36,025 bases of DNA from Chiloscyllium plagiosum (Eukaryota): the NCBI RefSeq assembly GCF_004010195.1, contig NC_057754.1, positions 1,168,549 through 1,204,573 on the forward strand, written 5' to 3'. Positions 9,940 through 21,969 of the stretch are shown piece after piece. The notes beneath the pieces were generated by a model that was not told where the DNA came from, searched no databases, and saw only the letters and a list, made by a program, of their open reading frames with translations. How positions within the stretch are numbered: position 1 is the stretch's first letter; each line of letters starts with the position of its first letter. Made by a program: the position numbers and the translations under genes.

Positions 9940-10240
9940 AGAAATGCAGAAAATAGGATCGGAGTAGGCCATTCGGCCCATTGGGCCTGACCCACCACTG
10001 GACATGATCATGGCTGACCCTCTCTCTCATTTCCTGCTCCCTCCCCACATATCTAATCGCCCATCACCCAAAACACTAAGTGTCAGGAAATCTATTTCCT
10101 TCTTAAATATATTGAGTAACTTCAGCCTTGGGTGGTTGAGTGTTCCACAGGTTAATCACCCCCAGTGAAGAAATCTTTCCTCATTTCTCTCCTAAATTCA
10201 GAGATAGTGACCGGCTCGTTCTGGACCTCCAGCCATGGAC
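9940..10240 (-). mobile_element. Old CR1 3' fragment
   Basis: GGAGTAGGCCATTCGGCCC...GATCATGGCTGA...TTCCACAGGTT is the reverse complement of a CR1 tail. Confidence 0.7.
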
Positions 10241-10245
10241 AGTCA

Positions 10246-10526
10246 TCAGCTATACAGACCAGGAACGCTGTAATACTCAAAGCTTTGTATCTGTGGAAAT
10301 GACAGTCCGAGGAAGGAGTGACCCTGATTCCAACCTGGTGTACCCTGTTGGAAGCCCGTTTGTGGGAGAGATTGACTCGGATTGATAGAAAGGGTAACTT
10401 TCGCCAGTTGGTTGAAGGTGGGCATCCAACAGGGTACTACATCAGGTAGGAACCAGGGTCACTCCTTCCTTGGTCTGTCATTTCCACAGCTATGAGCATT
10501 GCATCATTCCTGGTCTGTGTAGTTGA
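10246..10526. repeat. Long imperfect inverted repeat (foldback / MITE-like)
   Basis: Arms 10246-10357 and 10420-10526 are reverse complements around a 62-nt spacer. Confidence 0.9.
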
Positions 10527-12969
10527 GAATCAGGGACTTTATCGGTGACAGCTCTACTCTGGGACTAAGGACTGTACCTAGGTACTCTGTACCTAAGATG
10601 GTCCCATGTGTTGGTGACATTGTTACCCTGTAACTGCAGAAGGTGTACCCAAGATGGTGCTGCGAGTGGCGACTTGTAAGCTTTTCACTGTACTCACTTC
10701 AGAACTGGCAATGAAGCTAATCCAATTCCGTGTGTTACAGGCAGTGACGCACTATTGAAGGGCAGTCACTTTTGTTGGAACGCAGCAGTCAATTTCCCCA
10801 CAGCAAGCTCCTGCAAACCTCGGTGTAGCTCAGAAACAGGACTCGGTTTCTACAAGAGGGACCTGGGCCAGTATTTGTCGACAAGGGAAGTGTGTGCATA
10901 ATAGTTATGTACGACAAAGAGATACCACGCCATGTCCCAAAGTTGTACCTTCCTAAAGCAAGCTCCACCACACAGCAATGGGAGAATGACCCAGATCACA
11001 TTTCAAATGACACTGGCCTCAGGACACCAGATACACTTCCCTTTGTGCTTCACCCAGTAAGGTCAGTGCTGCTCGAGGAGACCAGTCAGGAATCAAAAGG
11101 TGGGAAAACAATTAGAATCATCACCCATGGAGTGGGTTAAGTTGTGCATATCTCTTTCAGACATTGGCCTCTATAACTGGTTTAGATTCTGCTGAATGGA
11201 ATATTTGCCCCTGACCCAAAAGGAAACAAATGCTGTATAAGGGGGTCCCAGTACCTCCTTTTGTCAGTGGGAATGAGAGCGATTAATGAGGCTTCACTCT
11301 CTTAGTGCAGGATCTCTCTTGACAGGGCTGTATCCCGAAGAGTTCACTTGGGAGATGTGCAAGAACAGCTTGCCTTCCGGCTCCTCCCTCGGTAAATATA
11401 ACCGAACTCTGACAGATGGAATAATCAGTGAAAGGAAACGTGGTCCCCTGAGCTGCAGAGCACAGTTTGGGGGTGATTTGACCATGTTGAGCCATTGCAG
11501 TAAGGGCATGATGTGCCACACCAGTGGCCCTTAGCTGAAGGCGGGTGTGAGGCAGCAGTAAAATGAGGGGGGGGGGGCGGTGTTGGATGCCTATGATCCA
11601 GTGACCCCTGCTGGAAGTTGGGTAGCTGACAAGGACAGGCTCAACCCTGATGGTTTCTTGCCTCCAGGCGTCAAACTTGTTAAGTGTGAGGAGAATTAAA
11701 ACAAAGAGAGTGAAAGGAAATCAGTCTTTTGTCTGCACTCGGCGAAGGGAGGTTCATCTCGACTATCGTGGGAAGTTTGCAGTTTGAGTCAGAGCCGGAG
11801 ATATCTTAGCATCTGGCATGTCCTCGCCAGCAATTAACCGGTCACTGACCTTGGCCCGACTCAAGCCTGCTTCCCCACCCTTGGACACAGCTGAACTCCA
11901 TCATGGAGACGTCGATGCTGGACTATCTGGGAGGTCAGCAAGCAGATACTGTGACCCCCACCCCCCCCAACCCACCTTGGGCCTAACATAGCAGTACAAG
12001 GGGCATCCAGAACTCCAGTTGCAGACTCCGCTGCCATGTTTAATGAAGAGGGGATCAGCCCTTAGCTTTTCTCTGCTTCCTTTCCAGCAACATTTAACTA
12101 TCAATGGAGGCTGAAAACAAACAAATCCACTGAAGAACCCCAGGGTTTTGTTAATGCAGTATATTTACCACACTCCTAACACCATCAATTAGAAGCTTAG
12201 TGCAGATTGGAAAAGGATTGGCTGGAATTGGCAGGCTCTCAACATTAGTCATGTTGTGGTGGCAGCTCAGCCCTTTCTGCATCTGGTTCCTATCACAGCC
12301 TTGTTACTTTCTCCAAGCTCTTTACACTTTGCTAATTTGGGACAGTTTGACATTGCAGCATCAGCTATATTACACAAACACTGGAGTGGGGCAAACAAGG
12401 AAGAGGGCCAACAATTAGGAGGGCTTCAGAAACAAAACCATTCAAGGCGTTTCTGCTGCCAACCTCCACAAAAGCCGAAGGGGAGTTATCTGTAAATGGA
12501 GTGCTGCAGTCGGCCACAGAGTGAAGTCACACCAGCCAGGACAGCAGGCAGTCAGTCTATGCACCCTGGACTAGAACAGGAACAATCATACAGGAGCTGC
12601 TCTCCAAGTGGACAGTACAGGTCACAGGCCCGGGCCTCGTGCCTCGGCAGTCACAGAGACAGTAGCTTGTGTAATGCAGCAACTGCAAAACCCCCAACAC
12701 TGACTTCGAGAGGGGGCAGGAAGTCACTGGACCTTACAGGCGGCTAAAATACCTCCTGTATAGAAACAAAAATATTAGCGCAGGGAACAGACTATTCCAG
12801 ACTAATCGGAGGAATTTAGATAATGTTATGTCAACTGGATTATTTGCCTTCCAAGTTGTTAATCGCGATTGTTCATCTGATCTGCACTGACCGCCTGAAG
12901 GTTTTATCTGACAAAGTGGTTGATAGATGAATCCAAATGGAAAGATAAGTTTGTTTATATCACAGCAAT

Positions 12970-13965
12970 GTCATAAGGCTGTCTAGTACAGAAACAGACC
13001 CTTCGGTCTGACTTGTCCATGTTGGCCAGATATCCCAACCTAAACTAGTCCGTTCGCTAGCACTTGGTCCACGAAACCCTTCCTATTCATATACCCATCC
13101 AGATGCCTTTCAAGTGCTGTAATTGTACCAGCCCCCACCCCATCCTCTGGCAGCTCATTCCATACACATACCACATTCTGTGCGAAAACGTTGCCCCTTA
13201 GGTCCCTTTTAAATATTTGCCCTCTCACCCTAAACCTCTGCCCTCTAGTTTTGGACTCCCCGACCCCAGGGAAAAGATCTTGTCTATTTATCCTATCCAT
13301 GCCCCTCATAGTTTTGTAAACCTCTATAAGGTCACCCCTCAGCCTCTGACGCTCCAGGGAAAACAGCCCCAGCCTGTCTATCTACCTGCGACTCCACTTT
13401 CAAGGAGCTATGAACCTGCACTCCAAGGTCTCTTTGTTCAGCAACACTCCCGAGGACCTTACCATTAACTGTATAAGTCCTTGCTTTCCCAAAATGCAGC
13501 ACCTCGCATTTATCTGAATTAAACTCCATCTGCCACTTCTCAGCCCATTGGCCCATCTGGTCCAGATCCTGTTATAATCTGAGGTAGCCCTCTTCGCCGT
13601 CCACTACACCTCCAATTTTGGTGAGATCTGCAAACCTACTAACCATTCCTCCTATATTCACATCCAAATCATTTATGTAAATGACAACAAGTAGTGAACC
13701 CAGCATCAATCCGTGTGGCACTGGTCACAGGCCTCCAGTCTGAAAAACAACCCTCCACCACCACCCTCTGCTTCCTACCTTCAAACTAGTTCTGTATCCA
13801 AATAACTAGCCTCCCTGGATCTCATGTCACCTGACCAGTCTACCATGTGGAATCTTGATGAATACTTTGCTGAAGTCCATATAGACAACATCTACCACTC
13901 TGCCTTCATCCACCTTCTCTGTCACTTCAAAAAGCTCAAACAGTTTAGTGAGAGACCATTTCCCA
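12970..13965 (-). mobile_element. CR1 LINE ORF2 (RT and C-terminal) fragment with 3' tail
   Basis: WAEKWQMEFNSDKCEVLHFGK, EQRDLGVQVHSSLK and TRGQRFRVRG..NVVCVWNELP peptides. Confidence 0.92.
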
Positions 13966-14890
13966 CACAACAATATCTTCTGGTCTTGTATTCTCTGCAC
14001 GAATGATTAAGGTAATTCTATCAAATGCCTTTTACTCTCAGGGTTGCGATGCTACCTTTGATCCCGAAGGGTTTTGGGACTGCACGTGTTCCCCTGAGAT
14101 TCAATCACCAAAGCAAGCCCTCTGATCCCCTGTGTATCAGGGACCTGCAGAGGATATGGAAGTATGAACGCGTGTATACACTGTGTGCATATATGTCTTT
14201 GCAGAAGTTCCTGCTGGGAAGGGATGTCTGCAGGCATAACCGTGCTCACACAAGGAGAGGGTATGATTGCCTCATACTTCCCCAAATGCCCAGAGAGACT
14301 GCTCAAACTCACGCACCACAGCTGGGCACAGGCATAGGGTTTTAACCCACTGAGGTGGGACACAAGGCTAGAAATGTGTGCAAAACACTTCTCCTCTCCC
14401 TGACAAGTTAAATCACACTGCCCTGAGACATTCTTCACATATTTCACATTCTAAAAGAATTACTCTTCTGACTTGTTGCTCTCGAGAAACTGACATCAGG
14501 AATACGGATTTGTTTGTTTAAACAAAATCAATCTAGCCCCAGTGACATGCGCACCAATAAAACCAGATATTGACCAGCTGCAATATCCAAGTATCGTCTC
14601 CCTAATCTCTATAAACAGATGAAGACAGGGTGCAGGAATGTGGTAAACAGGAGAGGTGCACACAGCCAGAGTGCTTTCCAGCAAGATCACAGGCACTGGA
14701 AAACACAGCTGCCAAAATGGCAACTTACCCAAAATACTTCAACCAATTATGGTTTAATGAATGTCATAATTTATCCAGATGTGAAAAGTGAGAGAGACAG
14801 TGAGACAGACACAGAGACGCAGCGAGCAAGAGACAGAGACACAGCGAGAGAGAGAGAGACAGAGTGCACGGTGGGGGGAGAGACAGACAC

Positions 14891-17800
14891 AGAGAGAGCG
14901 AGCGAGAGACAGAGAGAGCGAGCGAGAGACAGAGAGAGCGAGCGAGAGACAGAGAGAGCGAGCGAGAGACAGAGAGAGCGAGCGAGAGACAGAGAGAGCG
15001 AGCGAGAGACAGAGAGAGCGAGCGAGAGACAGAGAGAGCGAGCGAGAGACAGAGAGAGCGAGCGAGAGACAGAGAGAGCGAGCGAGAGACAGAGAGAGCG
15101 AGCGAGAGACAGAGAGAGCGAGCGAGAGACAGAGAGAGCGAGCGAGAGACAGAGAGAGCGAGCGAGAGACAGAGAGAGCGAGCGAGAGACAGAGAGAGCG
15201 AGCGAGAGACAGAGAGAGCGAGCGAGAGACAGAGAGAGCGAGCGAGAGACAGAGAGAGCGAGCGAGAGACAGAGAGAGCGAGCGAGAGACAGAGAGAGCG
15301 AGCGAGAGACAGAGAGAGCGAGCGAGAGACAGAGAGAGCGAGCGAGAGACAGAGAGAGCGAGCGAGAGACAGAGAGAGCGAGCGAGAGACAGAGAGAGCG
15401 AGCGAGAGACAGAGAGAGCGAGCGAGAGACAGAGAGAGCGAGCGAGAGACAGAGAGAGCGAGCGAGAGACAGAGAGAGCGAGCGAGAGACAGAGAGAGCG
15501 AGCGAGAGACAGAGAGAGCGAGCGAGAGACAGAGAGAGCGAGCGAGAGACAGAGAGAGCGAGCGAGAGACAGAGAGAGCGAGCGAGAGACAGAGAGAGCG
15601 AGCGAGAGACAGAGAGAGCGAGCGAGAGACAGAGAGAGCGAGCGAGAGACAGAGAGAGCGAGCGAGAGACAGAGAGAGCGAGCGAGAGACAGAGAGAGCG
15701 AGCGAGAGACAGAGAGAGCGAGCGAGAGACAGAGAGAGCGAGCGAGAGACAGAGAGAGCGAGCGAGAGACAGAGAGAGCGAGCGAGAGACAGAGAGAGCG
15801 AGCGAGAGACAGAGAGAGCGAGCGAGAGACAGAGAGAGCGAGCGAGAGACAGAGAGAGCGAGCGAGAGACAGAGAGAGCGAGCGAGAGACAGAGAGAGCG
15901 AGCGAGAGACAGAGAGAGCGAGCGAGAGACAGAGAGAGCGAGCGAGAGACAGAGAGAGCGAGCGAGAGACAGAGAGAGCGAGCGAGAGACAGAGAGAGCG
16001 AGCGAGAGACAGAGAGAGCGAGCGAGAGACAGAGAGAGCGAGCGAGAGACAGAGAGAGCGAGCGAGAGACAGAGAGAGCGAGCGAGAGACAGAGAGAGCG
16101 AGCGAGAGACAGAGAGAGCGAGCGAGAGACAGAGAGAGCGAGCGAGAGACAGAGAGAGCGAGCGAGAGACAGAGAGAGCGAGCGAGAGACAGAGAGAGCG
16201 AGCGAGAGACAGAGAGAGCGAGCGAGAGACAGAGAGAGCGAGCGAGAGACAGAGAGAGCGAGCGAGAGACAGAGAGAGCGAGCGAGAGACAGAGAGAGCG
16301 AGCGAGAGACAGAGAGAGCGAGCGAGAGACAGAGAGAGCGAGCGAGAGACAGAGAGAGCGAGCGAGAGACAGAGAGAGCGAGCGAGAGACAGAGAGAGCG
16401 AGCGAGAGACAGAGAGAGCGAGCGAGAGACAGAGAGAGCGAGCGAGAGACAGAGAGAGCGAGCGAGAGACAGAGAGAGCGAGCGAGAGACAGAGAGAGCG
16501 AGCGAGAGACAGAGAGAGCGAGCGAGAGACAGAGAGAGCGAGCGAGAGACAGAGAGAGCGAGCGAGAGACAGAGAGAGCGAGCGAGAGACAGAGAGAGCG
16601 AGCGAGAGACAGAGAGAGCGAGCGAGAGACAGAGAGAGCGAGCGAGAGACAGAGAGAGCGAGCGAGAGACAGAGAGAGCGAGCGAGAGACAGAGAGAGCG
16701 AGCGAGAGACAGAGAGAGCGAGCGAGAGACAGAGAGAGCGAGCGAGAGACAGAGAGAGCGAGCGAGAGACAGAGAGAGCGAGCGAGAGACAGAGAGAGCG
16801 AGCGAGAGACAGAGAGAGCGAGCGAGAGACAGAGAGAGCGAGCGAGAGACAGAGAGAGCGAGCGAGAGACAGAGAGAGCGAGCGAGAGACAGAGAGAGCG
16901 AGCGAGAGACAGAGAGAGCGAGCGAGAGACAGAGAGAGCGAGCGAGAGACAGAGAGAGCGAGCGAGAGACAGAGAGAGCGAGCGAGAGACAGAGAGAGCG
17001 AGCGAGAGACAGAGAGAGCGAGCGAGAGACAGAGAGAGCGAGCGAGAGACAGAGAGAGCGAGCGAGAGACAGAGAGAGCGAGCGAGAGACAGAGAGAGCG
17101 AGCGAGAGACAGAGAGAGCGAGCGAGAGACAGAGAGAGCGAGCGAGAGACAGAGAGAGCGAGCGAGAGACAGAGAGAGCGAGCGAGAGACAGAGAGAGCG
17201 AGCGAGAGACAGAGAGAGCGAGCGAGAGACAGAGAGAGCGAGCGAGAGACAGAGAGAGCGAGCGAGAGACAGAGAGAGCGAGCGAGAGACAGAGAGAGCG
17301 AGCGAGAGACAGAGAGAGCGAGCGAGAGACAGAGAGAGCGAGCGAGAGACAGAGAGAGCGAGCGAGAGACAGAGAGAGCGAGCGAGAGACAGAGAGAGCG
17401 AGCGAGAGACAGAGAGAGCGAGCGAGAGACAGAGAGAGCGAGCGAGAGACAGAGAGAGCGAGCGAGAGACAGAGAGAGCGAGCGAGAGACAGAGAGAGCG
17501 AGCGAGAGACAGAGAGAGCGAGCGAGAGACAGAGAGAGCGAGCGAGAGACAGAGAGAGCGAGCGAGAGACAGAGAGAGCGAGCGAGAGACAGAGAGAGCG
17601 AGCGAGAGACAGAGAGAGCGAGCGAGAGACAGAGAGAGCGAGCGAGAGACAGAGAGAGCGAGCGAGAGACAGAGAGAGCGAGCGAGAGACAGAGAGAGCG
17701 AGCGAGAGACAGAGAGAGCGAGCGAGAGACAGAGAGAGCGAGCGAGAGACAGAGAGAGCGAGCGAGAGACAGAGAGAGCGAGCGAGAGACAGAGAGAGCG

Positions 17801-18490
17801 AGCGAGAGACAGAGAGAGCGAGCGAGAGACAGAGAGAGCGAGCGAGAGACAGAGAGAGCGAGCGAGAGACAGAGAGAGCGAGCGAGAGACAGAGAGAGCG
17901 AGCGAGAGACAGAGAGAGCGAGCGAGAGACAGAGAGAGCGAGCGAGAGACAGAGAGAGCGAGCGAGAGACAGAGAGAGCGAGCGAGAGACAGAGAGAGCG
18001 AGCGAGAGACAGAGAGAGCGAGCGAGAGACAGAGAGAGCGAGCGAGAGACAGAGAGAGCGAGCGAGAGACAGAGAGAGCGAGCGAGAGACAGAGAGAGCG
18101 AGCGAGAGACAGAGAGAGCGAGCGAGAGACAGAGAGAGCGAGCGAGAGACAGAGAGAGCGAGCGAGAGACAGAGAGAGCGAGCGAGAGACAGAGAGAGCG
18201 AGCGAGAGACAGAGAGAGCGAGCGAGAGACAGAGAGAGCGAGCGAGAGACAGAGAGAGCGAGCGAGAGACAGAGAGAGCGAGCGAGAGACAGAGAGAGCG
18301 AGCGAGAGACAGAGAGAGCGAGCGAGAGACAGAGAGAGCGAGCGAGAGACAGAGAGAGCGAGCGAGAGACAGAGAGAGCGAGCGAGAGACAGAGAGAGCG
18401 AGCGAGAGACAGAGAGAGCGAGCGAGAGACAGAGAGAGCGAGCGAGAGACAGAGAGAGCGAGCGAGAGACAGAGAGAGCGAGCGAGAGAC
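14891..18490. repeat. Perfect 20-bp tandem array (AGAGAGAGCGAGCGAGAGAC)n, about 180 copies
   Basis: Identical unit across 3.6 kb; degenerate GA-rich flanks at 14790-14890 and 18491-18570. Confidence 0.99.
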
Positions 18491-18570
18491 AGAGCAAGCG
18501 AGCGAGCGAGAGACAGAGAGAAAGTGAGCGACAGAGCGCAAGCGAGAGACAGACTGACAGAGAGCGTGCG

Positions 18571-19207
18571 AGGGACAGGCAGAGAGGGACAGGCAGAGAG
18601 GGACAGGCAGAGAGGGACAGGCAGAGAGGGACAGGCAGAGAGGGACAGGCAGAGAGGGACAGGCAGAGAGGGACAGGCAGAGAGGGACAGGCAGAGAGGG
18701 ACAGGCAGAGAGGGACAGGCAGAGAGGGACAGGCAGAGAGGGACAGGCAGAGAGGGACAGGCAGAGAGGGACAGGCAGAGAGGGACAGGCAGAGAGGGAC
18801 AGGCAGAGAGGGACAGGCAGAGAGGGACAGGCAGAGAGGGACAGGCAGAGAGGGACAGGCAGAGAGGGACAGGCAGAGAGGGACAGGCAGAGAGGGACAG
18901 GCAGAGAGGGACAGGCAGAGAGGGACAGGCAGAGAGGGACAGGCAGAGAGGGACAGGCAGAGAGGGACAGGCAGAGAGGGACAGGCAGAGAGGGACAGGC
19001 AGAGAGGGACAGGCAGAGAGGGACAGGCAGAGAGGGACAGGCAGAGAGGGACAGGCAGAGAGGGACAGGCAGAGAGGGACAGGCAGAGAGGGACAGGCAG
19101 AGAGGGACAGGCAGAGAGGGACAGGCAGAGAGGGACAGGCAGAGAGGGACAGGCAGAGAGGGACAGGCAGAGAGGGACAGGCAGAGAGGGACAGGCAGAG
19201 AGGGACA
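18571..19207. repeat. Perfect 14-bp tandem array (AGGGACAGGCAGAG)n, about 45 copies
   Basis: Direct inspection. Confidence 0.99.
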
Positions 19208-20104
19208 GAGAAAAGCCACAGTCAGAGACAGCAAGAGAGCATATGAAAAAAAGAGAGGGGGGGAGGAGGAGGAGGCCGGCCCCAATCTAGTAAACTGCAG
19301 TCAAGATGGAGTCAGAGGGGAAAAAACATGCCTGACCAAACCTCCTGATTTCTTGGGTGGAAGTTACTGTAATAGAGCTAGTATCTAACAAAATTACATA
19401 GCCCTCCCTTTATTCTGAAACACACACAAACATTAACATTCTTGCTCACAAGGCCTCCTCAAACCCTCCTTAGTCCACCAGAATTATTAGTGCTGACACT
19501 GCACCAAGTGCCACATATTAACTTGCCACGTCACTCACGTCCTTCAGTTTCACTTTGTGGAGCAGCACAGAGCAGCTGTTCCAGCTTTACCCACAAGGTG
19601 GCCCCGTAAAGCATCTCCCTGAGCACCACCATCACATGGAGCCACCCAGTGACCACAGCCAACATGGTGATGAGATTATATCCTCCACGGAGAAACCCAG
19701 GATAGAGGAGGAGATGTTCTGCCCATCATTCCTAAGCCAACACATTTATACTATCAGCCTCTCGCCAATGCTCCATATCTCGATCTGCTGCAAATGCAGA
19801 AGAACCTTGATTATCCAAAGGACATGGGTGGGGAGTATTTTATTCCGTTAATTGGAATCGGGTGTTTGATTATCCAGAAAACAGTTTCGCCAAGCATCAG
19901 GACCTTGCAATCTTGCCAGGTAATCAGGATCCCTCTGTGTTCACCGTATTTTCCCTCAGAAGATTACTACACACCCTACTTCAAACCAACCACGTGGCAA
20001 AAATGGTTGCATGCTCCAAACTCCCCTGGGGAAAGCAGTAATACCACTGGGCTGGATACCTAGAACCCCCAGGATAACCGACAGAACTGCACAGAGCTGG
20101 AAGT

Positions 20105-20275
20105 CAGAAACAACAACAAAAACTGCTGGAAAAACTCAGCAGGTCTGGCAGCACCTGTGCAGAGAAATCAGAGGTAACATGTTGGGTCACTCGACCTGAA
20201 AGGTTACTTCTGATTTCTCTCCACAGATGCTGCCAGACCTGCTAAGCTTTTCCAGCAATCCCTGTTTTTGTTTCC
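20105..20275. mobile_element. Palindromic Penelope-like pLTR remnant
   Basis: TGCTGGAAAAACTCAGCAGGTCTGGCAGCA...AGAGAAATCAGA is inverted against TCTGATTTCTCT...TGCTGCCAGACCTGCTAAGCTTTTCCAGCA; loop keeps GGGTC-ACTC-GACCT GAAA. Confidence 0.7.
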
Positions 20276-20279
20276 AATG

Positions 20280-20562
20280 TTAATGTTCTGGGGGCCACGG
20301 ATTCAAATCCCATTCCAGCAGAAGGTGTAATTTGAAATGAATAAAGATCTGGAATGAACCTAATGGTGACCCTCGCAATGGTAACCGCTACCAATTGTAA
20401 AATCTGGTGCCCTTTTGGGAAGGAAATCTAATGCCCTCATGCAGTCTGGCCTACACGTGACTCCACATCAACCTGGTCAACTCAAACATCCACTTGGCAA
20501 TTAGGGACAGGCAAATGTTGTCCCAGCGAGTGATGCCCACATCCCATGAACAAATAAAGAAA
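20280..20562 (+). mobile_element. Elasmobranch tRNA-derived SINE (family not named); related copy at about 24500-24770
   Basis: B-box-like GGATTCAAATCCC, shared body TCTGGAAT..GGCCTACA, tail GCCCACATCCCATGAACAAATAAA. Confidence 0.6.
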
Positions 20563-20996
20563 TTTCTCTCCCATCAAATTGGTGAGCCCTCATCACAGAC
20601 TCCTGGCCAGGACGTGTAACCTGCAGTTCAGTCATGTATCGTACATCACAAATGTCTCTCAACATCCTCCTTTTACCTTTAAGGCAATCAGTTCCACTAA
20701 ATCAGTCACACGTAGACAGCCACTAATGTCCCTAAAGTTCTTCAAACAAGCAGTATCAGTATTTGAAACCGAGGCAAAGCATGGGAAGAGGGTAGATATT
20801 TTAATGAGCATCTTGAAGAAAGAGGGAAGGACAGAGAGAGAGAGAGAGAGAGAGAGAGATAATGGTGACCCTCGCAATGGTAGCCGCTACCAATTGTAAA
20901 AACTGGTGCCCTTTTGGGAAGGAAATCTAATGCCCTCATGCAGTCTGGCCTACACGTGACTCAACATCAACCTGGTCAACTCAAACATCCACTTGG

Positions 20997-21183
20997 GGAG
21001 AAAGTGAGGTCTGCAGATGCTGGAGATCAGAGCTGGAAATGTGTTGCTGGAAAAGCGCAGCAGGTCAGGCAGCATCCAGGGAACAGGAGGATCGACGTTT
21101 CGGGCATAAGCCCTTCTTCAGGAAGAAGGGCTTATGCCCAAAACGTCGATTCCCCTGTTCCCTGAATCCTACCTGACCTGCTG
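20997..21183. mobile_element. Penelope-like pLTR with inverted partial copy
   Basis: GGAGAAAGTGAGGTCTGCAGATGCTGGAGATCAGAG start; palindrome 21058-21183 centred at about 21120. Confidence 0.8.
21091..21124 (-). ncRNA. Minimal hammerhead ribozyme-like motif with intact core
   Basis: Minus strand reads TTC CTGAAGA A GGGC TTAT GCCC GAAACGTC GAT. Confidence 0.6.
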
Positions 21184-21184
21184 A

Positions 21185-21480
21185 GACTTCAAAGAGAAGA
21201 AGGTGAGAGGTGACTTAATAGAGACATACCAGATGATCAGAGGGTTAGATAGGGTGGACAGTGAGAGCCTTTTTCCTCGGATGATGATGGAGGGGACATC
21301 GCTTTAAATTGAGGAGTGATAGATACAGAACAGATGTCAGAGGTAGTGTCTTTACTCAGAGAGTAGCAAGGATGTGGAATGGCCTGCCTGCAACAGTAGT
21401 AGATTCGCTAACTCTATAGGGCATTTAAATGGTCATTGGATAGACATACGGATGGTAATGGAATAGTGCAGGTTAGCAGA
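21185..21480 (+). mobile_element. CR1 LINE 3' fragment
   Basis: GAGAGGTGACTTAATAGAG..GATAGGGTGGAC..TTTACTCAGAGAGTAG..TGGAATGGCCTGCC. Confidence 0.8.
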
Positions 21481-21969
21481 TGGCACAGAATAATGAGAAT
21501 AAGGTGGCATCAAATGTTAGGAACATAGGACTCAGCAGCAGGAATGAGCCCTTCGATACTGCGCCACCATTTAATAAGATTCGGCTTGATCTGATAATGG
21601 CTTCAGTCTCATTGTCCTGTCTGCACTTTGTAATGTCCAACTCCCTTGCCTCACACAGAGAGGATTACAGAGATCCAGAGAGTCCTGCAGCTGATTCTGG
21701 TGGTGTGGCCACGGAAGGAATCGAAAACAACGTTTTAAAAATACGTTTCTAAAATTGACATGTTGCTGGACTGTAAGGAGCACAGATGATTAGGACTTGG
21801 TGCAGTTTGTTAGTATTGACTTATGTTGCAAAATGGGAGGCCAATGGAGGGTGCACTGAAAAACTTAAGTCAGGAGGGAACAAGAAAGGGAAGTTAAACA
21901 TTAATATCTTAACAATTAAATCCATTCCAAGGGGTTGTCTGCAAATAATGTAACTTGCTGCACACGTAC

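Noticed and set aside
10560..11060. Possible Rex1-like 3' end and Deu-SINE tail fragments (also about 32310-32420)
   Set aside because: Too short and decayed to delimit or classify reliably without a library search.
11286..11534. 82-aa ORF as a possible nested antisense gene (also 23556-23951 and 29666-29875)
   Set aside because: No recognisable domain or exon chain; lengths expected by chance.
14619..19290. 1,200-1,500 aa ORFs (RE/RS-rich and LS-rich) in several frames
   Set aside because: They are translations of stop-free 20-mer and 14-mer arrays, open on both strands, inside a POLA2 intron.
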